Assembly (NCBI GenBank): GCA_963691875.1
Contig: OY829846.1
Span: 2,496,001 to 2,560,000 of the forward strand
Source of the DNA: Aureliella sp.
GTDB lineage: Bacteria > Planctomycetota > Planctomycetia > Pirellulales > Pirellulaceae
Reading direction: 5' to 3'
Length of the DNA stretch: 64,000 nt
Shown here: positions 56,732-64,000 of the stretch, piece by piece
Layout: each line of letters begins with the position of its first letter
How positions within the stretch are numbered: the first letter of the stretch is position 1
Notes under the pieces: model-generated
The model's database searches: none
What the model saw: only the letters and a program-made list of their open reading frames with translations
What the model was told of the DNA's origin: nothing
Program-made: the position numbers and the translations under genes

Positions 56732-56899
56732 GTTCAGCTTGGAGCCTTCGATTCTCGCGCGGCAAACTGAGCTGGATTCTACTTTATCTTGCCTCTTGAA
56801 TCCTAGGGTTTCAGAAGGTTTGAGAAAAAAGAAACGCGCAAGGCATGGACAGGGCGCGCAACTCCCGTTTGTTATGCCATCTGGTGAATCGTAAAGGTG

Positions 56900-57380
56900 T
56901 GACACAACATCGAGTACCATATGCGATTCACAATCTGAAATTGGATCACGAGTTGATTTCTATTTCCGATCAGTGGTTGATTGGTAGCTTCGAAAACCAG
57001 CCTTCGCGATTTCACTTTGAAGCACTGATTACTCCGATGCACTGTGCAGCCCAGCGTCTCGAGGAGACTGACCGGCAGCAGGTAGCTTTATTCTACGAGA
57101 GACTTCAGGAGAGGCACCCTTGTCCCATTTATCAACTCAATCACTCCGTTGCCATCGCACGAGATAGTCGTGCCGACAGGACTCTGCGACAGACCGAGCA
57201 AGTTCGTGATGGCGGAGAACTGAAGGACTGCTATCTACTCCATTGCACGATCGGCTAGATCCAAACTCTGGCTGGAAACACATCGGCCGCCGTTGGTGCT
57301 TATCTGGATGTATTGCGAGGCCCGAACGCCAAGCATCAGAAGACACTGATTGAAAAGCGACTCAGGGAAATCTCCCCTTC
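56900..57380 (+). pseudogene. C-terminal remnant of an ECF sigma factor (ECF42/DUF6596-like TPR extension)
   Basis: PSRFHFEALI..MHCAA...ETD...FYERL...PIYQLNHSVAIA, YLLHCTIG* then ..AAVGAYL..; sigma regions 2 and 4 absent. Confidence 0.65.
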
Positions 57381-57541
57381 CACCCAGATTGGGCAAGTCG
57401 GAATGTCAATCGGTAAGCGGATGTGAAACGTGGTTGGCCATGCAAACACGTTGGGGGCTCTACAAGTTCAATGAAACCTGTGTAAACTTCAACGATATCA
57501 CTCCGCAATCTCTCACCTTTCTTTAGCCTAAGAGGCATGAC

Positions 57542-58138
57542 ATGTCACGAAATATTCTCATCGTATGCGCGATGGCACTCTTGTTGACCGGATGCAATTC
57601 AGAAGAAGCTACCGAACCGACTCCTGCTGCAGGCGACAACACGCCCCCGGCAACATCTTCCGGCTCGGGCTTCGCCGTCACGAGTGAAAACACGAAGGTT
57701 CTGTTCGTTGGCACTAAGAAGTCCGGTGATTCGCAGGCCGGTGGCTTTAAGGAAGTGAGTGGAACTATCGGTGTCGACGGGGACAAAATTACTTCGGTAA
57801 ATGTAGTCATCCAAGTGGACTCACTTTTCTCCGGCCAAGAAAAGCTGACAGGGCACTTGAAAAATGAAGACTTCTTTAGCGTCAAGGAATTCCCTGAACT
57901 GACTTTTGCATCCTCAAAAGTTGAAGGTTCGGGGGAAGTCACCATCACGGGTGAGCTCAACATGCACGGACAGACTGGCGAGATTTCGTTCCCTGCGACA
58001 GTTTCCGTAACCGATGGAAAAGTGAAGCTGGACGCGAAATTCAAAGTCGATCGCACCAAGTTTGGCATGAACTACACCGGCCAGCCTGACAATCCGATCA
58101 ACGCCGAGGTCGATATCGAGATTTTAGTTGGCGCTTGA
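57542..58138 (+). CDS. YceI family lipoprotein
   Basis: Lipobox LLTGC; VLFVGTK, LTGHLKNEDFF, FPELTF, GELNMHG, DRTKFGM. Confidence 0.9.
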   Translation: MSRNILIVCAMALLLTGCNSEEATEPTPAAGDNTPPATSSGSGFAVTSENTKVLFVGTKKSGDSQAGGFKEVSGTIGVDGDKITSVNVVIQVDSLFSGQEKLTGHLKNEDFFSVKEFPELTFASSKVEGSGEVTITGELNMHGQTGEISFPATVSVTDGKVKLDAKFKVDRTKFGMNYTGQPDNPINAEVDIEILVGA

Positions 58139-58181
58139 GTAATCCCCGCCAGTCAACACGCGAAACGGCGTAACCAATTCC

Positions 58182-58955
58182 ATGGCTTTTGTTGTTGGGA
58201 TGCTGATCAAAACGGCCGCGGTCCCCATTGTGGTTGCGGTCGTTGTGACTTGGCTTATATACCGGCTTGAAAGATTGAAACCTCAAGCGACCACGTTGGG
58301 CGTGGCTTGTGGTTTCATAGCGGGCTGGTTTTTCCAAGAATTCTCGGTCTGGTTTCCGGTTAGATACTTGGATTGGTTTCCCGCAGCAGCGTTAATTCTA
58401 GCCTTGCTCCCGAAAGTTTCGCCTATCGCCGCAGCTTGGTTTCTGGTTCCCGCATTTCCCAAAATGGTTCCGCCGCGTCTCTGGGCGGTGGGATTGCTCA
58501 CTGTCTTTACCTACGGCTTGGCCTGGTTCTTAAACAAAGCCACGGATAAGATCCAGCAGCGAGCGCTTGTTGGCGTGTTTATGGCGACCGGCACAGCATG
58601 CTCCCTGGTGCTATTGCAATCTTTTTCACTGAAGTTCGCTCAAATTGCAGGATTGCTCACAGCCTCGCTAACCGCTGCGCTTCTATTTGCCAATAAACCA
58701 GGCGGCAATGCCAAAGGACTGCCATTCTTATTCTTTGGCTTGATGTGCAACCTGATGTTCATTGGTTACGCGAATACGTCCTCCGACGTCCCGACCTGGT
58801 GCTTTGCTCTTCCCTTAGTGGCTCCGCTCGTCTTGCTCTGGAATCCAAATTCCAGGAAACTGCAAGCGGTACGTTACTCTCTCGTCGTGACCATTTTGAT
58901 GGTTGCTGTCATCCCAGCTCTGCTGGTTCATCCGCCTTGGGAAGCCGAGCACTAG
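58182..58955 (+). CDS. Hypothetical multi-pass membrane protein
   Basis: About 8 hydrophobic segments; directly follows the YceI gene. Confidence 0.75.
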   Translation: MAFVVGMLIKTAAVPIVVAVVVTWLIYRLERLKPQATTLGVACGFIAGWFFQEFSVWFPVRYLDWFPAAALILALLPKVSPIAAAWFLVPAFPKMVPPRLWAVGLLTVFTYGLAWFLNKATDKIQQRALVGVFMATGTACSLVLLQSFSLKFAQIAGLLTASLTAALLFANKPGGNAKGLPFLFFGLMCNLMFIGYANTSSDVPTWCFALPLVAPLVLLWNPNSRKLQAVRYSLVVTILMVAVIPALLVHPPWEAEH

Positions 58956-59130
58956 CTTCTGTCGAACAATTCGGAAATCAAGTGAGCGACAAGTCGCATA
59001 GCCGTCGGTTATTTCAGGCTTTTGACGTGACTAACACCGTGCCCCTCAGGAGGACTGCTTAGTGGAGTCTGGAAAACCGACAAGCTAGAAGCTTAACGCA
59101 CGTTGAAAGCCTAAACAAATCGATGGGTCC

Positions 59131-62100
59131 TCAAGGAGTTTCGATCCTATCAGGAATAATGACCGCGGGCAAACCACTCGATTTATATCTGGTATTAAAG
59201 TCGGCGATCGAGCCTTGGATGAGCTTGTCCAACTGCACGCGAAGTTCCTCCCATTGATTGGATAAGTCCGCCAACCTCTGCAGAGAGGCCTGAGTTGGCA
59301 GCGGAGAATTAGTATCTAGCTCGCCTGCTAGGTACAGCAACTGAGCATTGAGCCGGTTGGGGAAATTGACGACATCTTGCTGAGTCTTCTGCCGCCGCTG
59401 AATGAGTTGCGACTCCCAAGCCTTCAACTGCTCCGAGGCTGCTTGAGCAAGTTGTACCAGCTCCGTGTGTTCCTCCATGTTCTTGAGCAACTTGAGCTTA
59501 CCAGATAGCTGAGCTTTCACCTGAGCGAATCGATTCACTTCTGAATGGAGCTCAGCAGCCATCTCGCGAATCGAATCCAAAGCCTCTTGCTGGGCTTCGT
59601 AATCCTGTTCATCCGCCTCGATGCGAGGATCTGGAACGACCAGAGCTTCGGCTTCTGGAGCTCCAAGATCCTCACTTGATGAAAGTCTTAGTGTGTACCG
59701 GCCAGGGGTGACTCGCGGGCCGTTGTGACTGCCAAGCACATAGACGTCGGGGACTCCAGGGATCGGATCCGCACGCAAGTCCCAATGAAATCGATTGAGC
59801 CCAGGCTTCGTAGGAAGAACCAATGGCTTCGAAGGCCCGCCAGCCCAGCCTGCAGCCTTCTTTGGTGCAACGGAACTAAGTGTTCGGACAATCTTCCCGT
59901 CTTCGCGAATGACTTCAAGCTGCAGCTCCATATCTTGCGTCCAGCTGCTGGGTAGGTGATAGTCAAAGATGACTCCTGGCAACGGATTCTGCCCACTAAA
60001 TGGCGAAGCTGACGCCGACGTCGCAGACGAGAACTTTGTGGTCGATTTCGGAGTGAAAATCGCAAACTTATTCGGCTCTAATGCTCCGCCCGATTGCTGA
60101 ATCGAACTAAGGTCGTCGAGTATCCAGAAGGCTCTGCCAGAGGTGGCAACGATCAGATCGTTGTCGCGAAAGGTCAAATCAGTAATAGGACATTTTGGAA
60201 GGTTGAGCTGAAATTCAGACCAGTGCATTCCCTGATCCAGCGAAATGTACAGTCCGCCTTCCGTTCCAGCGTAAAGAACTTGTTCATTAACAGGATCTTG
60301 CCGGATAACTCGCACAAAATGTCCATCCGCGATTCCGTGGGTGATAGGGGCCCACGACTTGCCATTGTCCACAGTCTTCAGAGCCATGGGACGCAGCTCG
60401 CTAAACTTATATCGCGTGACCGCAGCAAAAGCGGTATTGGGATCGTGCGTTGAAATATCCAAGCAGTTGACGAGACACTCCTCGAGGCCGTCCGGGGTAA
60501 CATCGATCCATCCTTTGCCTTCATCGTCGGTACGATGAACAAGTCCGTCATCCGTCCCGACCCATATTGTCCCAGCTGCGTGAGGAGACACTGCGATGTA
60601 GCTGATGGTGTTATAGACCTCGCCGCCTGCTGCTTCATTGGTGAACGGCTCGCTTCCGTCACCATGCTTCTCAGGTTCGTTACGAGTCAGATCTCCGCTG
60701 ATTTCGGTCCAGCTATGCCCTGCATCGTCACTTCGAAAAATCACATTCGCGCCGAGATAAAGGACGTTTGGATCTTGATGCTGAGCCGCCAGCGGCCCAT
60801 TCCAGTTGAACCGATACTGCTGATCTTTGGCCAGAACACCGAGATTTAAGGAAGGATACACGACGACGCTTTTCTGCTCGTCCGTCTTCAAGTCATGTCG
60901 CGTCAGCATGCCTTGAATACTTGTCCCGAAAACCTGATCAGGCTGATCTGGATCGAAAGCCAAGAAAGCGCTCTCTCCACCTGCAGTCGGAAACCAATTA
61001 CGTTCTGTGATACCACCAGAATTCGACTGACTTGCAATACTGACTGTGCTGTTGTCTTGCTGCCCACCATAGATTCGGTAGGGAAACTGGCGATCGGTGA
61101 TAACGCGATAAAACTGGGCTGTGGGCTGATTGTTTTGCGGCGACCACGAGGCTCCACTATTAAACGTAATGCAGGCTCCTCCGTCGTTGGCCAAAATCAT
61201 GTTGTTGGGATTGATTGGATTGATCCAGAGATCGTGTTGATCGGTGTGCGGATTCGGGATCGGCTGGAAATTGTTTCCGCCATCAATGGACTTTAGGAGC
61301 GGCGCATTCAGGACATACACTTGGTCTTCATCCCGCGGATCAGCTACGACTTCGATGTAGTACCATGCTCGCGCAACCGTGACTCGCTCCGAGTTGACTT
61401 GTTGCCAGGTTTTGCCTGCGTTGTTGGAGCGAAATACACCACCTTGTTTGGCTTCGATGTTGGCGTAGACGACGTCAGGATTTGCTGGAGAAACGGTTAC
61501 CGCGACTTTTCCCATCGTGTCGGGCAAGCCAGCCGACAACTTCTTCCAGGTGGTTCCACCGTCAGTGGACTTGTGAATGCCTGAACCCGAGCCGCCGCTA
61601 CGAATCTTCCAAGGGAGTCGCTGGTGGTCCCAAGTTGCAGCATACAGAATCCGCGGATTGGTTCCGTCCATACTCAGATCAGCTGCACCACTGGTGTCAT
61701 TCACAAACAAGACTTGTTCCCAAGAGCCACCGCCGTCGGTCGAGCGATAGATGCCGCGTTCTGCGGAAGGGCCGTACAACTCACCTTGCACAGCAACATA
61801 AACGAGTTCAGGATTTGTCGGGTGAATTCGAATTGCTGCGATGTGACGGGAGTCTTCCAAGCCGCAGTGTTCCCAAGTACGTCCTGCATCAGTGCTCTTG
61901 TACACTCCGTCGCCATGCGAGGTCATGACGCCTCGCACCGCGTGTTCACCCATTCCGACGTAAATGACGTTTGGGTCGCTGGATGAAACTGCCAATGCAC
62001 CGACCGAGCCAGTTTTGAGCTGTCCGTCTGAGATGTTGTTCCAAGTGATTCCAGCGTCAGTCGTTTTCCATACTCCGCCCCCGGTGCTTCCGAAGTAATA

Positions 62101-62301
62101 GACTTGCGGCTGGCCAAGCACGCCGGTTACCGCGTTGCTGCGTCCACCACGGAAAGGACCGACATTGCGGAACTTCAGAGACGAAAATGCTTTGGAGAGA
62201 CTCTGCCTCTCCACAGAGCCGAGGTCTTGCGAATGGGCTGCAATCGGCAAAACGCAGTGAAGGCACAGGAGAAACGGTGCGAAGCGAAGCTGTCGAGTCA
62301 T
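59131..62301 (-). CDS. VPS10/sortilin-like BNR repeat protein, paralog 2
   Basis: [12 protein letters not shown], Asp boxes, [24 protein letters not shown]; same architecture as 39957-43151. Confidence 0.9.
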   Translation of the reverse strand: MTRQLRFAPFLLCLHCVLPIAAHSQDLGSVERQSLSKAFSSLKFRNVGPFRGGRSNAVTGVLGQPQVYYFGSTGGGVWKTTDAGITWNNISDGQLKTGSVGALAVSSSDPNVIYVGMGEHAVRGVMTSHGDGVYKSTDAGRTWEHCGLEDSRHIAAIRIHPTNPELVYVAVQGELYGPSAERGIYRSTDGGGSWEQVLFVNDTSGAADLSMDGTNPRILYAATWDHQRLPWKIRSGGSGSGIHKSTDGGTTWKKLSAGLPDTMGKVAVTVSPANPDVVYANIEAKQGGVFRSNNAGKTWQQVNSERVTVARAWYYIEVVADPRDEDQVYVLNAPLLKSIDGGNNFQPIPNPHTDQHDLWINPINPNNMILANDGGACITFNSGASWSPQNNQPTAQFYRVITDRQFPYRIYGGQQDNSTVSIASQSNSGGITERNWFPTAGGESAFLAFDPDQPDQVFGTSIQGMLTRHDLKTDEQKSVVVYPSLNLGVLAKDQQYRFNWNGPLAAQHQDPNVLYLGANVIFRSDDAGHSWTEISGDLTRNEPEKHGDGSEPFTNEAAGGEVYNTISYIAVSPHAAGTIWVGTDDGLVHRTDDEGKGWIDVTPDGLEECLVNCLDISTHDPNTAFAAVTRYKFSELRPMALKTVDNGKSWAPITHGIADGHFVRVIRQDPVNEQVLYAGTEGGLYISLDQGMHWSEFQLNLPKCPITDLTFRDNDLIVATSGRAFWILDDLSSIQQSGGALEPNKFAIFTPKSTTKFSSATSASASPFSGQNPLPGVIFDYHLPSSWTQDMELQLEVIREDGKIVRTLSSVAPKKAAGWAGGPSKPLVLPTKPGLNRFHWDLRADPIPGVPDVYVLGSHNGPRVTPGRYTLRLSSSEDLGAPEAEALVVPDPRIEADEQDYEAQQEALDSIREMAAELHSEVNRFAQVKAQLSGKLKLLKNMEEHTELVQLAQAASEQLKAWESQLIQRRQKTQQDVVNFPNRLNAQLLYLAGELDTNSPLPTQASLQRLADLSNQWEELRVQLDKLIQGSIADFNTRYKSSGLPAVIIPDRIETP

Positions 62302-62748
62302 GAAAATAGTTCTAGTTTCTGGAGCCAAGTAACTTGTCCTTGGATTTGGTCGCCCTTAGCTCCTAAGCAATAAATGCCGATTAGCTAAGTTTCCTAGGCC
62401 CGGATTGATTATCTGGGTACAGAAAACCGGTGCACAACGCTGCAATCACAACTACACAGACACATTACAGGCCGGAATGTTAGTCTTAGTTGAAGGAACC
62501 TCACTGCCAATCTCTTAAGCTGTGGGCCCTTACAGATTCAAGCATAGTCCGTTTCGTGTAGAAGAACAGAAACTCACTTATAGTGAAAACTTCTCGATGA
62601 TAGTCCCGCTCTAAGATGGTGGCACGCTTCGAACTAAGACCTTCCCAGAATTTGGACCTTCCCAACCAGTTAGCAGAAGCGAACGTTCCCTTGCGGACGG
62701 TCGCTTGCACGCCCGTCCATATCGCTTCTATTGGTCACTCCCTTCCGC

Positions 62749-63921
62749 TTACTCCTTCTCCAACGACTGGTAGACAAGATTCCGAACTTGGCTGCCCCAG
62801 TTCCGCGAGCCGTAGGGATTGATCTGCACCATGTAAAGGATTGCCAGTTGCATTTCGGGATTTACCCAAAAGCGAGTGCCCGCCGCACCTCCCCAAGAAT
62901 AATCACCGCGAGCTGCGATTCTGAAGCCAAGCCCAAACTGAAAACTGCGAGAAGCCTCTTCCACTTGATCGCCAAGTTGATTGGTGAACATCATTTCTAG
63001 GGTCTCGGCCTTGAGGATCTGCTTTCCATTGGCCTTGCCTTTGCCCAAGAGCATTTGACAGAACTTCAAGTAGTCATCAATGGTCGAGCAGAGTCCACCT
63101 CCTCCGCTATCAAAATCAGTCGCATTCACAAACCGAAACGAAGAAAAGGGTGAAGCGGGTTTCAGATTTCCATCCTCGCCCTCATAAAGCTCGGCGAGGC
63201 GCGTTAGCTTGTCTCTAGGAACCGAGAAGGAAGTGTCTTTCATCTCAAGCGGATCGAAAATATTCTCCTTCAAGTAGTCGGCGAATCTTTGGCCACTCAC
63301 GACTTCCACAACTCGTCCCAAAACATCGGTCGATGCACTGTAGTGAAATCGTTGGCCGGGATGATACAGCAAGGGGATGTCGCCGAGCTTCTCCACCATT
63401 TCTTCCAAGTTCTTGTCGGCAAACAAAATGCCCTTGTTTCGATAAGCCTTGTCGACAGCAGTGTTGCCGAAGAATCCGTAGGTAAGTCCCGAGGTGTGCC
63501 GCAGCAGGTCGCGGATATTCATCTTCCGTCTTGGCTCGACCTTTTTTTCTCCTTCCAACACCTTCAGCTTCGCAAAGGCAGGCAAGTGCTTCTCAACAGG
63601 ATCATCCAGCCCCAACTTTCCGGATTCAACCAGCTGCATCACTGCGACACTGGTGATTGGCTTGGACATCGAGTAGATGCGAAAAATCGTGTCACGTTCT
63701 ACATCTCTTTCCTTGCGTTTATTCCGCTTGCCCCAGTCGTCGTAATAGACGACTTCGCCTTCATGAAAGACCAGAGCGCTGTGCCCAATGACTTTGTCTT
63801 CGTCGACTGCCGTTTGAAGTAATTCATCAATCTTCGGAAAACGCGACTTCTCCTGAGCAAGGACGGCTTGGGCTGAGAGTAATGTGCAGACGATCAATAA
63901 AATGTACTTTAGTGATTTCAC
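62749..63921 (-). CDS. Serine hydrolase, beta-lactamase class C-like
   Basis: Signal peptide, FRIYSMSKP (SxxK), LLRHTSG, FHYS, SGGGGL, WGGAAGT. Confidence 0.92.
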   Translation of the reverse strand: MKSLKYILLIVCTLLSAQAVLAQEKSRFPKIDELLQTAVDEDKVIGHSALVFHEGEVVYYDDWGKRNKRKERDVERDTIFRIYSMSKPITSVAVMQLVESGKLGLDDPVEKHLPAFAKLKVLEGEKKVEPRRKMNIRDLLRHTSGLTYGFFGNTAVDKAYRNKGILFADKNLEEMVEKLGDIPLLYHPGQRFHYSASTDVLGRVVEVVSGQRFADYLKENIFDPLEMKDTSFSVPRDKLTRLAELYEGEDGNLKPASPFSSFRFVNATDFDSGGGGLCSTIDDYLKFCQMLLGKGKANGKQILKAETLEMMFTNQLGDQVEEASRSFQFGLGFRIAARGDYSWGGAAGTRFWVNPEMQLAILYMVQINPYGSRNWGSQVRNLVYQSLEKE

Positions 63922-64000
63922 TTTAAATCCCTAATGATTCATCATTCCGTTTTTGTTACTATGCGAGGATATCACGCACGACCCGACCACCGACATCCGT

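Noticed and set aside
62749..63921. Functional beta-lactamase regulated by the BlaI/M56 pair
   Set aside because: Generic serine-hydrolase motifs, ~57 kb from the regulator, and the M56 protein lacks a penicillin-binding domain.

Overview
A chromosomal window from a planctomycete, probably Pirellulaceae-like. The assignment rests on the gene repertoire: DUF1559, DUF1552/DUF1592, two PVC-type CxxCH membrane-dehydrogenase proteins, DUF2617 and a planctomycete-style GyrA. I see no rRNA, tRNA, CRISPR array, intact transposase or prophage. Main content: (i) a ~8.8 kb putative zinc-starvation island (DUF318 permease plus Cys-rich partner, decayed COG0523+WD40 pair, HisI with a Cys->Asp change at a Zn ligand, CysRS, DUF1826, intact COG0523) marked by repeated TGCA-N7-TGCA boxes; (ii) an LD-carboxypeptidase, NlpC/P60 and enolase-superfamily trio resembling the Bacillus ykfABC muropeptide-recycling module but with a non-canonical enolase; (iii) glgA, galT-like, truD and gyrA; (iv) many secreted hydrolases and beta-propellers (two VPS10/BNR paralogs, DPP-IV-like S9, PI-PLC, serine hydrolase, GH2-like); (v) about seven accessory genes with nonsense codons, frameshifts or truncations while housekeeping genes are intact; (vi) several decayed REP-like palindromes. 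All family assignments come from motif recognition by eye; no database searches were run.
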